DNA of 64,000 nucleotides from the human T2T-CHM13v2.0 reference genome, Homo sapiens (GCF_009914755.1 NC_060935.1), one strand, 5' to 3'. Positions 1 through 14,470 are shown, counted from the stretch's first letter. Translations and numbers: made by a program. The notes: a model not told the origin generated them from the sequence alone.

Positions 1-245
1 TTCCAGGAAAGGGGTCCCAGGAGGAAGGGAGTTGCCTGATGACAGGGAGCGCTGAAAATGTCACTAAAGCTATTGGAGTGGGAAAAGCCAGGTGGGAGAC
101 CAGGTACCGTTGGGAAGCCAACGGGAGAGTAGGTAGGGAAGAGCTCTGAAAAAGAGAAGGAATGGAGACCCTGGGACAGTAAAAATACTGCCAGTGCCAC
201 TTGATATTTTTGCTACCTTAGTTTATAAAACAATTTCCTTGATTA

Positions 246-362
246 CACCCATTTAACAGATGAGACCATGGAGGCCTAGACACTACCCACTAGGAAGTAG
301 AGAACTGGAACTTGACCCAACTCCAACTCAAGTGTTCTTTCTACTACTCCCTGGCTGCCTCC
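246..362 (-). mobile_element. MIR fragment
   Basis: cccatttaacagatgag...gaggcc and ctactactccctggctgcctc resemble the MIR core and 5' end in reverse orientation. Confidence 0.6.
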
Positions 363-3300
363 GCACTGACTGAGTGTTGTCCAGTAGTCTGTAGGCTGAT
401 TGGTTCCGGGTGATCCTGTTTAGAGGTCATTGAGTTCATGGCCCTGCCTGGGAAGAGCTCTTTTGGAACCCTGTGCTCCATTGCACTAAGAAGCCGCAAC
501 ACCCTGATGTGTACATCCTCCTCCTGGAGTAGGATACAGTTTGCCTGAATCAGATCAGTTTCATATCCAAGGCTGCCATGTGGGAGTTCATGGAGCTCAC
601 GTGTGGCTTTGCATAGGGCAGGTGGTTATGGTGTTGTACAGGTATTCTTGAAACTGGAAAATGAATTTAATGGAAACTATTTCCAATTCCAGCCTATCCA
701 AGAGAATGGCATGTTCACATCTCACCCTTTTGACCCTATTTGACCTGGATTTCTGTCCTGGTGTGTGTGACCCCTCCTTGCCCCCTGCCCTCAAGATCTT
801 GACGGGCTCAAGCTGGTGTTCTAGGAGGCCACGCTTATGGTTGGGCTGGGCTCAGGCTTTGTTGTCACATTCAGTTTTCTGTTTTGGTACAACGAAGGCT
901 TTGAGGAGATAAACAGAGATCATTTTACACCTTTTATATTATGACAAATACATATTGCAAAACACTGCTGCTTCCAAAATGTTTGGGTTGCAGAGCAGTG
1001 AGGAATTAACAGCTAGGCAGTTCCCGAGATGCTTGTACTTCATTTACACATCAGAATTTTTTTTACACTGTTCAGTAAAATAAAAGTGAGAAAACACACA
1101 TACGTGCACGTGCACACCCCCATGCACACCCAGTGCACCACCTGGCTTCTATATCAGGAATGTCTTAAATTAGTAAGTAGTTCTTTAAGTCCAGATAAAC
1201 TGATAAATACCATTAATGGCTTAATTTATTCTCTGGGTTTGAAATTTGACACACGGACACTATCTTGGCTCAGGAAACACAAGTGGTTTTGTGCCAGAGG
1301 TTTTAATGACCGATCAGTAATATAAATTGCTGCATCACTGAGCAGAAATAGCTTCTCCATGTCATTTGATCTGGAAACTTCTCTGGCCAGGCAGCAGTTA
1401 ATAAATTTAAAAATAATTACCCTCTTTATTCAAAGTCAAACTAATTAGGAGTGGGTTTTACAAATCATAATGTTGTTCAAGCCACTGTACATCCCCATTT
1501 GGGACTTGAACAGGCCTGGGGGCAACAGACAGGATCCGGTGGTGTTAATTAGAGGGCAGCGAGATAACTTGGCTGCTGAGCTCCAGGGTAGGAGGCCGGG
1601 CAGTCTTCAGCATGCCCTCGGGAGAAAATGGGAGGTCTGAGCAAAGAGGCCATGAGGGTGACCTGTAGGAACCTTCAACTCTTTCAGTCCATCTGTAGGG
1701 GACCCAGAGCAGCCACCTATTGGTAATGTGAACATGGGGGAGTTGGGGCCAGGGCTGGTCTGTGTGGGCCTGGCCAGAGAGACTGAGGGAGTCAGGGAGC
1801 AGGAAAGGGGGATGGGCAAATGACTGCCTGGGGACAAGAGACCTGCCTGAAGGCAGGGAAGTGGATGGGATGATCTCTAGAGGACATTACTTCCTAGGAA
1901 AGTTTGAGCCCTAACAGAGTGGTGCAGGTTTGTCATGCAGATTGCAGGGAAGAGGAACCCCATGAAGCCTAAAGTCAGAGTGTCAAGTGCAGGGTATTTG
2001 GTGCACAGTGACCCAGAACTTGGGATCTGGTGTCAGACTATCTAGATTCCAATTCCAGCCCCATCACAGATTGGATAATCTCAATATAGGCCTCGCATGG
2101 AGTAAGTGCTCAGGAAATGGAGGTGCCAGTTTCTCTCATCGCATCATCCTGGTCTTCCTCAGAGGCTTCTGAGAACATGGATTTCCCCCACTGGATAGGT
2201 TGACGGGGCCAAGTCAGTGAGGATGGTGTTGGAGGAATAGGAACAGTATACACCTGCTTTGCAAGGCCATGGTGAGGTCTTCCAGGATCCCTGACTATGT
2301 CCTCCGGCCAAGAGGACATTTGCAATGTGCCCACTGAGTTAACAGCCACTGGGGCCCTCTCAGTGCAGTTGAAAGAAGTGAGGGCAGATTGAAGCTCCAC
2401 ACTTTGAGCAATCTCAGGGAGCAGATTTGGTAGATCTTAAGGCCCTGAGGTCTGGAATGCCCAAAGCTTCCCAAAGGAACCATTCCCTGTTGGTGTCTAA
2501 ACAGGTGATGTGTAAACCCAGGCCAGACAGGCCGCAAAACTGGAATCGAGACTAAGCAGGTGTACCAGCCTCCAGGAGCACCAGGCCTGTGCCCTTCCAC
2601 GTCTTAAGAGGAGGCTTCAGTGACTGGTGCCCTCAAAGGCTCAGGAATTTTGGGTTCCTGGTAGGGTCCTGAACCATGTCTGCTATCACCAGGAACCTGG
2701 GTATTCCCTATCTCTTGACTTCTTCAAATAGAACCTTCCACCTCATCCTACCTTTTCGCCAGTAAGAAAAAAGAGGCAAGGTCATTCCTAGGTTTAGAAG
2801 TTCTGAGGCTGGGAAGCTTAAGGGCACCCTCTGCAGGCCCAGGGTACTAGGTTGAACTAGACCCTAGACTTACCCTGGAGGAATTCAGCTCTCTCCTCCA
2901 GCCCTCAACCTGCCCTGCAAGGTCTGCCAGGTTAGTGACTCAAGTTTGCTGTGAGAGTAGCCTGTGTAGCTGGCTTATCCTGTAGTTCCTTCATTTCCTC
3001 ATTCTCTGAGTTTTTAAGTACCTACTGTATGCTAGGTGCTTTGTGGACTTAATACATAATAGTGAACAGAAATTGGGCCCTGCCTTCCTGAAGGTTACGG
3101 TGTTATGAAGGAAATGAGCATGTAGGTTGAACTTGCCTTAGGTACAGATAATTCAATAGCTGTACTCTTTTGGATACTTTTGAGTTATTATTTTTATTAA
3201 GTCTTCACTATAGTCCAAAAATATAGACCTTTTTTCCTCCCTAATCTTTGCCAGAGAAAACTGAGTCCCAGAAAGGTTAAGGAAGACCAATCTGGGGCAG

Positions 3301-4090
3301 GACTTGAATGTGTGCCTTGGGCTTCTGTACCCCAGAGCCCACATTTTAGCATTGTCTTCCCTCCCTGTGGGGGCCTGGGCATCAGCTCTCATGTGCGGAT
3401 CAATGGATCAAAGCCCCTATTTGAAAAAGGGGGTCAGTTAAGAACACACAATCCAAACTAGAATTAGGGCCCACGAGTTCAGCCCAAGGTTCTCTCCACT
3501 GTGACTACAAAATAAGTACTTTCTTTTACTGGCCTAGAAAAGGTTGCTTAGTTTCCACATTACTGCGTCACAGGGGAAGCCACTCAACCAGATGCAAATG
3601 TTGAGATGCTGGTTCTCATCCACTGTGTTGTCGGCTGCAAGAGTCTTGCAGTCCAGAAACGGCATACCTCTGGCGGCTGAGGGTCCATGCTGTGGACTCT
3701 GCCCTTCCCTTCTAGCAGGGAGTGGGCATTGGAGGGAACCCCACCCAAAGGGTCCTCTTCGTTTCAGTGTGAAGGAGTCTAGGAGGCATATACTCTGTCT
3801 TCCCCCCACTCTCTGTTTCTCTCTCTTTGTCTCTCTCTCTCTCTTTGCACTGTGTGGCCTCCCCCTTTGGAGGTGCAGAACTGTCTCTCCAACCTTGGTG
3901 TTGGCTGCCTGCTTGCACTGGCCCCTCTCTCCTGATATGTTAATAATATTTGGAGGAAGCTTCAGGGACAGTCCCTGGCTCTGAACTTCAGAGTAGAAAA
4001 TGAAGTCCTTGTTTGGAGAATTTTCTGTAGTGGGTGATCATGGTGGGGGCAGGGGGTGGGGTGGGAGTAGCAGGCAAGACAGAGGATTTA

Positions 4091-4151
4091 TTTTATTTTA
4101 ATTATTATTTTTGAGACAGAGTCTCGCTCTGTCGCCCAGGCTGGAGTGCAG
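4091..4151 (-). mobile_element. Severely 5'-truncated Alu (39-bp body plus A-rich tail) with 15-bp TSD
   Basis: gagacagagtctcgctctgtcgcccaggctggagtgcag; flanked by AAGACAGAGGATTTA (4076-4090) and AAGGCAGAGGATTTA (4152-4166). Confidence 0.9.
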
Positions 4152-4937
4152 AAGGCAGAGGATTTAAAAGGGTGAGCAGCAACGCTCCTTCCCTCAGGAT
4201 AGCTGCTGGCCTTGCCCCCTCCTGCCCTGAGCTTGGCACGAGGGACAGTGCTGGGCACCAAGGAGTCCTGTAATGATAGGAAAACTGGCAACTGTTCTAG
4301 TTCCTGCTCTCAAGAACAGCCTCCCAGTGGCTGGTCCCAGAGGAGCTGGGAGGGGGCCAGATGATGACAAATAACTTAATCTACCTAAACTTTACATGAA
4401 AAAAAAAAAAAATCCAAACGAACCTCAAACCTCTGTCCAAGGTGGAGGGTATCGGGGAGGACAGGACAGTGAGTCATCAGAGGGACAGGCAGACTCCATG
4501 TGGTTTGCTGTGACCTCCCCATTGAAAACATAATAGCATTTGACTTTTATAAATATCAGAGGTGATTTGTATAGCATTTCACATTCTGTGCCAAGGAATT
4601 TAACATGAGAAAGCTCAGGCTGAAGAACGGCCGCGGAACGTCATAGGCACTTTGGGAGGAGGGTCATGTGCTGCTGTTTGTACAGTCAGTGCCCCAGCAT
4701 AGATTTACTCTTGACCTAATTTCATGCTGTTACTATAAAGGCATGTTTGATGCCTAATATAGAGTTTTATTTTCCAAGCACAGGGCTCTCGGCTGTGCTG
4801 GAGCTGCTTGCTGTAGAGTAGGGAGGAACAACCCAGCCGTCTCCTGCTGGCCCAGACCAGCTATTCTTTCTCTCCATTGTTCACCCTAGTGGCTCCCAGG
4901 GCCCCTCTGGCCACCTTCTGGAGGGGCCCCCGATACT

Positions 4938-5290
4938 CTTTTTTAAATTAATAAATTTCATTTTTTTAAGAGCAGCTTTAGGTTATAGCAAAATGGAATG
5001 GAGAGTATAGAGTTCCCACTGTACCCCCGTCCTCACACGCAAGTGCACAGCCTCCCCCACCATCAACATCCCACGCCACATGGGTGGTACATTTGTTACA
5101 ATTGGTGAGTCTACGCTGGCACATCATTGTCACCCAGGGCCCACAGTTCACATGAGGGTTCACTCCTGGTGGTGTACAGTCTGTGGATTTGGACAGACAT
5201 GTAAGGACACGCATTCACCATTTTTGTATCATACAGAATAGCCGCTTCACTGCCCTGAAAGTCCTTTGTGCTCTGCCCTTTCATCACCCC
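4938..5290 (-). mobile_element. L1MC-type LINE-1 3' end fragment
   Basis: ggtacatttgttacaattggtga...cacatcattgtcaccc...agggttcactc...ttcactgccct matches the recalled L1MC1/2 3'UTR in reverse. Confidence 0.8.
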
Positions 5291-5449
5291 AGCACATTTT
5301 ATATGAAGCATCACTGCCCTGGACAGTGATTTGAGGGGATCAGTGGTGTTTGGCTCTTTTGGGATTGGAGAAGGAGAATTTAAGCAAGGCAGGTTTGGAT
5401 TAGAAAGGGCTGAAGCTCATTTCCTCCACAGACATCTTGAGTGTTTCTC

Positions 5450-5830
5450 GATGCCAGACATGGATGCTGGGTCCTGGGATAGGGATTTTGGACATGTATG
5501 CTGGGACCTGGGACCGGGATGCCAGACACGGATGCTGGGCCCCGGGACGGGGATGCCGGACATGGATGCCGGGCCCCGGGACGGGGATGACGGACATGGA
5601 TGCCGCTGGGCCCAGGGACGGGGATGCCGGACATGGATGCCGCTGGGCCCAGGGACGGGGATGCCGGACATGGATGCCGCTGGGCCCCGGGATGGGGATG
5701 CCGGACATGGATGCCGCTGGGCCCCGGGACGGGGCTGCTGGACATGGATGCCGCTGGGCCCCGGGACGGGGATGCTGGACATGGATGCTGGGCCCCGGGA
5801 TGGGGATGCCGGCCATGGATGCCGCTGGGC
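5450..5830. repeat. GC-rich minisatellite, about 10.7 copies of 34/37-bp units
   Basis: Consensus GATGCCGGACATGGATGC(CGC)TGGGCCCCGGGACGGG; four 34-mers, five 37-mers, one 34-mer, one partial. Confidence 0.97.
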
Positions 5831-6219
5831 AGTGGGCAGGACACAGACCTTGCCCTTCCCCGGCCTCCCACCCTAGTGGAAATGTGATTGCAGATTACCA
5901 TTGGGGATGTGGAGGCAGCATGGTGTTTGGAAGCAATAATGAATTAGGAGAAGGAGAACTAGGTTCTTATCCTGGCTCTGCTATGGACTTGCTTCATATG
6001 GGACAAATGGCTTCGTTTCCTTGCTTCTCTCAAAGGTAGTGTGTAGGAATTGGGCAAGAAAAGTACTGTTTGGGGGGTTCTGTGGTTCCAAGGACAGCCT
6101 AAGATTCTGATCTTGCATTGATGGTCTGTATTTTTCTCAACCTTAGTTTTTCACATTTGTAAACTACGATTAATAATCATAATGGTTGCTGTAAGAACTA
6201 CATAAAACCATACATGTGG

Positions 6220-6698
<479 letters not shown>

Positions 6699-7924
6699 CT
6701 ACTGTGTCTGAAGAAGGGATTAAAGATGAAGATCTTTTGCCTCTTAAAAACTGTTCTAGAAATTGGAGGGGAAGGATAGAGTCTGATCTTTGAGGACTAT
6801 TATTCAGAACGTGGTCTGTGCCCAGCACTGTGGCTTTTTATGTATGGTCCAATATAGTCATCAGGACACCACTAAGGGGGGCTTCACTGTCTGCATCACT
6901 GATGAGGAATCACAGGCCCAGAGAGGCTTAAATAATATGACTCATCCAGTGGCAGGACTGGGATTCCAGGTTGGTGTTTTCTTGGGGTGATCTGGCAGGA
7001 CTCACCGTCCTCACTGGTCTGAGTTGCCCCTTCACTCTCAGAATTGTCCCCACATCCGAGTCCTGAATAATCAACCTCAGTTCTTGATCTCAGGTTTCCA
7101 CTCGTCTCCCCTCGTGCCCATGCTCAGCCCCTCAAGCTTCTCCTTTATCCCTCTCTCTCCCACTGTCCACTCCTGTGTTTCCTCTCTGACTTCTCACCCT
7201 TCTCCTTAGTGACGCCATGGCTGCCTGATGACAGAAAGGAGTTAATAAAAACCAATGTGTAACTGAAACTTGAAAGGCCATAAATTGCCTTGTTTTTTCT
7301 AGGATGTTGGTAGCATTTTGATTTAATAGTTGGACAAACACAAGGGCCTATTTTATTCAGAGTTTACAGGCCTCAAGGCTGTTATTCCTCCAAAGTTAAT
7401 AGCATTGAAATTGCAGGGTTTGCTATAATTTGCCTATCGCTTTCTGCTCCACCATTGATGTTTACTGTCAGCGGGATGGAATCTCAATCCGACTCACTTA
7501 GATAACATGTCTGTTAAACATTTAGATAATTGTACCATCATTAACTTGTCACATTATTTTAGAGATTCAAAACAGAGGCAGGGTAAGTAGAGGTACCCAA
7601 AGGGAGTGGAGGTGGGAGGAGGGGGAGGAGGAGGAGGAGGAAGAGACAACCTCTTCTGAGTTAGACAGCCAGGAGAGGAGAAAGTTCATTGCACACCTTG
7701 GCATCTCATTGGAGGTGTCTAAGTTAAGGAGGTACGTGCCACCAAGCCGGGCCCAGGGTTGCTCCCTGAGGAATCCGGGGACCAGTGTCTCAACCACCGA
7801 CCGCCGTGGCAGTAGGGCCTGTTATCAGCAGGCCCCTGAGACAGTGTGGCAAATGCTCAGAAACCCTTGGCGTTTCATCCCCGACTTTGGCCTTTATGTA
7901 CCAAAGTTTCTAAGCTTTCCTTAG

Positions 7925-8260
7925 GGATGCTGATTGCAACACTATTTGTAATTGCAAAGCAATGAGAATGACCTAAATATCCAAAAGTAAGGAATCTGTC
8001 AATGATGGTATGGAAAGATGTCCATGATGTTTTGCATGATAAAAGCTGATTAGAGAAATCAGGTTATATAGTGTGGTCCCATTTCATATAAAATACTAAA
8101 GCCACCCTATAAGACTCTGTAATGCTCTATACCTGTTAACAATGATTATCTTTAGAAGTGGGATTATAGGGCAAAGGTGTTCTACTTTCTGCTTTATCTA
8201 TTTTTGAGTAATAATAATGATGATTTACAAGCACATATCACTTACATAATTTTAAAAATT
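7925..8260 (+). mobile_element. Degenerate old L1 (L1ME-like) 3' fragments
   Basis: ctatttgtaattgcaaa...acctaaatatcca, atggaaagatgtcca and taacaatgattatct motifs typical of L1ME 3' ends. Confidence 0.5.
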
Positions 8261-9329
8261 AAAGTCACTTTATAAATAAGAAAAATATCACCTTCAAGTC
8301 TCATTCTGTGTATGGAAGGAGGACTTCTAAAAAGAAAAGGCTGCAAGTACAAATAAATGAGTTTTGGGAGCGCTCATGGACATCAGTATCTCAGCCACAC
8401 TGGCAGGTGCCTCAGTTTCCCACTGTTAGAACAGATAAATGCCAGATGGAGAATGCAGCACAGGGGAATGGGCCTGTGCCAGCACTCAGAGGTCAGGGCT
8501 GCTGTCTTGTTCACTATGGGCCTGACGGAGGAAGTGAGTAAGAAGAGAGCTTTTTCTTACACCGACATAAGGACTGAGGTCACACCTGGAGGGGGTGACA
8601 GAGGCCACAAATAAGAATGAGCTCAGCTGGAAGTGGGAGTGACTCCCCATATGGGAGACTTGGGGATCAATTAAATATCAACAGTAGTGGGGCACTGAGC
8701 TTGGAATACAAAACTGCCCTCGAGAAATAACGGGGTGTTTGCTCCCTGTTCCCATGGTACCACGAGGTCACAGAGGTGACTACAGTGCTGTCCATCTGGC
8801 TTTGGACACTGTTATCTCCTGCATTCCCAGGGCCTTCTGTGTGACCTGGGCGAGAGAACTGTCACTATTGCCTCTCTCCAATCTGTGTGTGCCCCAGTGA
8901 CACAGGCAATAGGAAAAATGTTTCCCCAACTGTACCGTAAATAATGCAGATATTTGGGCGTGGGAGAAACAAATAATATCAATATTTTATAGACTGTAGG
9001 CTAAATAATGTATATATTTAGAAAAGCGGCTTAAATATTTCATATGCTGCAGTGAAGATTCCTGCTTAGAGGCATAATTTGGGCTGGTGAGGGCTGTGGG
9101 TTAAGGATGCAGTCCTGCGGAGCCCCGGGGTGAGGGGGCAGAGGGGAATGCAGTAAAAGTGTGTGTGTGAGATTGGAGTGTGGCAAGGACAGGCAGGTAT
9201 CACTTATTTGGAACCCAAGTAGTTGGAAGTCTCAGATTTTTTTTAACTGTCCTGTGCTCTTTTTGTTTTTAATGTGGGAGAGAGACAAATGACAACCTAA
9301 TAACAAGAATTTATTTTCAAAAAGTAACT

Positions 9330-10028
9330 TCCAACCCAAGAGAATTGAAAATGTGTCCACATAAAAACTTACTCATGAACATTCATAGCAGTGTTGTTCA
9401 CAATAGCCAAAAGGTGGAAACTACCCAATTGCCTATCAGCTGATGCATGGATATACAAAATGTGGTATATCCATACCATGGACTATAATTTGGCCATAAA
9501 AAGAGTAAAATATTGATGCATGTTACAGCATGGATGAACTTTGGAAATCCCGTGCTAAGTGAAACAAGCAAGACATGAAAGGCCATGAATTAGATGATTC
9601 CATTTATGTGAAAATGTTCAGAACAGAGAGCTCTAGACAGTTAGTAGATTAGTGGATGCCACAGGCTTGGGGAAAATGAGAAGTGACTACTAATGGGTAT
9701 GTGGTTCCTTTTTGGAGTGATGAAGATATTCTGGAATTAGATAGTGGTGGTGATGGTATTCAGCTTTATGAATACATTAAAAACCAATAAAAGGGCCGGG
9801 CACAGTGGCTCATGCTTTGGGAGGTTGAGGCAGAAGGATCACTTGAGCCCAGGAGCTTGAGGCTGCAGTGAGCTTTGATGGCACCACTGTACTCCAGGCT
9901 GGGTAACAGAGCAAGACCCTGCCTGTTAAAAACAACCCCCCCGCCCCCCTGCAAAAACAACAACAACAAAAACATTAAAAGGGTGGAATTTTATGGTACA
10001 TGAATTATATTTCAATTAAAATAAAAAA
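9330..10028 (+). mobile_element. L1MB-type LINE-1 3' end, interrupted by an Alu monomer
   Basis: ttcacaatagccaaaaggtggaaa...aaaatgtggtatatccatac...gcatggatgaac...gctaagtgaaa; ends tgaattatatttcaattaaaataaaaaa. Confidence 0.85.
9794..9975 (+). mobile_element. Old Alu monomer (FRAM/AluJ-like) nested in L1
   Basis: ggccgggcacagtggctcatg...ggatcacttgagcccaggag.ttgaggctgcagtgagc...gcaagaccctg, then a degenerate A/C tail. Confidence 0.85.
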
Positions 10029-10419
10029 CAACTTCCAGGTATGTTGTTGGTTCTTACAGACTTAACCCAACCTCCTATACCTGCGGCATCACAGGACTGC
10101 AGGTAACGCTTTGCATCATAGTGACCATTCAGACAGTGCAGGAGACTGTGGCACCTTTAGAATCATTCTATTCACAGAAGGCAGCAGGGAGTAGGGGTGG
10201 CTCTGGGATGCCTCCTTGCCCTCCCCATTCCTCCATTTTCAGAAACAGGAAGGAAGGATCAGGTCTGAACTCTGATCTGGTGAAGTAGTGAGTCCGACAT
10301 CTGCAAAGTCAGGAGGAGACGGGGTAGTTGCGTCTGTGTAGATTTCTAGAAGAAAAGCCAGCCATCATCTGGCCTGGGAGGAGTCACTCTTGTCAAAAGC
10401 AAGACACGGATGGTATTGA

Positions 10420-10812
<393 letters not shown>

Positions 10813-11500
10813 TCATTTTTCTTTTATTCACAAATGGGGCTATGATATTCAGTGCATACTGTTTTGTAATCTGTGATTTGCCTACCAACAGACCTATGTC
10901 TTGATGATCATTTTAATGGTTTCCCAGTGTTCTCCCTACACCCATTCGTTTTTTTCTCCCCATGATCTCTGATGTTCCTTACTTGTGCACCAGGGACCAG
11001 ACCCTGTATCCAGAGGACCTTCCAGGGGCTCCAGGCAGGAGAAGTGGCTAACAGAGATGCAGCTCATTACCACCTCTCACCTATTGCTGCTTCTGTCAAC
11101 AAGATAAACTGGGCCCGCCAAGCAGTTTTGCAGTAGCTGTTTACTCGACCATCCCAGGCAAGCTTGAGATGCTGGGAACATATCCAGTCCCCACATTCAG
11201 TCTTCTTAGAAACTGTTTCCCTTTTGGTTTTCTCTAGGCTTGCAAGTGGTCACTCGCCCTGAGCTGGATTTGGGCAGGTAATTTACTTCCGCTACTAATT
11301 TAACGAATGGCACTGCCCTGAGGTCGGGCAGACTGAGGAAAATATAGGCATCAATTCATTTGCCACGTTAAAACCCAGAGTTAAGTAACAAGTTAAGCAT
11401 CTCCATACATTAAGTATCCCAGGCCCAACTAGGGAAGATTTCCTGGAGCTGATGAGCCCCAACCAGGCATTAGGAAAAAGGCATTTGAAAAAAAAATTTC

Positions 11501-11829
<329 letters not shown>

Positions 11830-13845
11830 CTAACAGAGAGATTGTAGGTTTGGGTCAGACGCAATGTTCCCTGCCCCCAGTAGGAGAAGATCCATTACAG
11901 ATTGGAAATGACTTTGTCTCTTAAGTGTGCATTGTCAGATGGGACGCACGTTCCCCTCAACCAAACAAATATAAAATGCTTCCAGCCTCTGCCTCGGATT
12001 TTCTATTACTGTTTCACAGGACTCCAGAGAGTTTTAAGATAGCAATTTGATTAAGCTTATGGGGAAGATCCCATCAGATAACATTCTTTTTCTGCAGGTA
12101 GAGATAATGTGTTCAAGTATTAAGTATGTTTTAAAGGTAATTATCTTTTCCATATTCATTTTAGTTACAGGAATTGACAAGGGGGAGACTCTGCATCTGA
12201 AAGCTGCCCCTTGGGCCCTAGAGTCACTCTGACTGCTCTCCTCTGGGGAACACACTTGAGGCTTTTGACAAATGAATGAGCACCAAGGGTTTTTCTATTT
12301 TGAAATGGCTCGGGATCCCCTGTCTCCAGACAAGTGGTCTAGAGGGCAAGGTCTTGGCCACTGACCTCATCTGGCTCCCTAGCTTAGATTCCTTGTTCTG
12401 GGACACCCACTGGGCCCCAAATCTTAAGCTCCTGGATGTCAAGAGGGAGCCTGGCTGCTACTCAGAAAGAGGACTTGTCTCATCTAGTACCAAGTCATGG
12501 TGCCATATCGCCAACCTTTCAAAAGTAGAGTCTGGAATTGCCATTTACATATACTGAGCCCAGTGTTGGGGTGTTTTCACATCGGGAGACACTAATTAGG
12601 GGTCCTAGAATTCTAAAATCTGTAGACTCCTAGACTGCAGAACTGTTGCAAGGGGCTTTAGGGAGCATGATGCTGAGCTTCAGAGGGGTTCTGGGATTTG
12701 TCTGGGATCACACAGCAGGCTAGAGAGACACACTGTGGGCTAGAACCCAGGAATCCCTGGTCTTAGACCACTGCTTCTGTCCCTCTACCCACAACTCTGT
12801 GCCATCTCCAGAAAAGCTCCTCTTTCCCTTTCCTGGAAATCCCCAGAGTAGGAGATTCTGCCCCCAGGCAGCCCTCCTTGGCCGTCTGTGAGTCAGGGTC
12901 TGCACCAGGGCTCTGTATGGGCCTGAGGAGCCCCCATAGCAAGCCTGATGCTGATGGCCTGGAGTTCCTCAAACCTCACTTTGCCTGCTAGCTGTGCTGT
13001 TCTAAGCATTCTGTACATTTTTACAAAATAGAAAAATTAGGGCTCAGCCCGCTTTCAGAAAGCTAACTATTGCTAGGGAGGAAAACATACATATCTAAAA
13101 AGATAAGTAATAAAACAAGGCAATTGGATGTGATATACCTGCACTAAGAATTGAGGAGTGATGTTTTTAGGTTCCCCATCCCTTTGTCTGCCCAAAATCC
13201 AGTCTGCTGTGGCTAGACACCTATGGCTTCTGCACACAGCATTTCCCCCATGTTACTTCTCTGTCTGATCTCTCAGGTGCCCTTGGTTTGACAGCTGCAG
13301 CTTGTTGGTCTGAAGGCAAGTGACACTGGGAAAGGACCCTAGTGAGAGGTTTATCACATAAGACCCCAGGATGGCGGCATGCTCTGTTTTTGAACGACTG
13401 CCTCATTCCTGTAAGACAAAGGTGGCAATGGAGGGTGGATGCAGAGTTGATGGCTGCAGCCCAGGTTTTGGTGCTTGGCCTCATGTGTTACATCCTAGGT
13501 AAGGATGTCTCTGCCATCTTAACACCCATACCTGCTCTTGCGTCTCTCTCTCTTATCCTTCAAAGCATCATCATTGTCTTACCCCAGCTATACAGTGAAA
13601 TCATTTAGAGGAACTTTATGAAAAAAATGTATTAATAGCAAGCAAAGGTTCCCACCTCAACCCGGATGAGTCAGAACCTCCTGCATGGGGCTCAGACATG
13701 GATGTATTTTCAAGCTCCCCAGGAGATTCCTATGGATAACCAGGGTTTTGAATTTCCAGATGGGATAAGATTAGACTCTGCTGCATGGCCCAGAAGGTTC
13801 CTCACAATCAGAGTCACAGGCCTCATCTTTTGTCACCCCCTATGA

Positions 13846-14470
<625 letters not shown>

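Noticed and set aside
5450-5830. Superficial CRISPR-like periodicity (34-37 bp)
   Set aside because: Units are contiguous with no unique spacers and no cas genes; the DNA is human.
5335-5965. Weak direct similarity either side of the VNTR (ggtgtttgg...ggagaaggagaa)
   Set aside because: Short and gapped; the right copy looks like a MIR 5' end; cannot be distinguished from chance.
5331-6039. Six overlapping ORFs of 95-200 aa on both strands
   Set aside because: Products of a stop-poor GC-rich minisatellite; periodic peptides with no splice or domain support.
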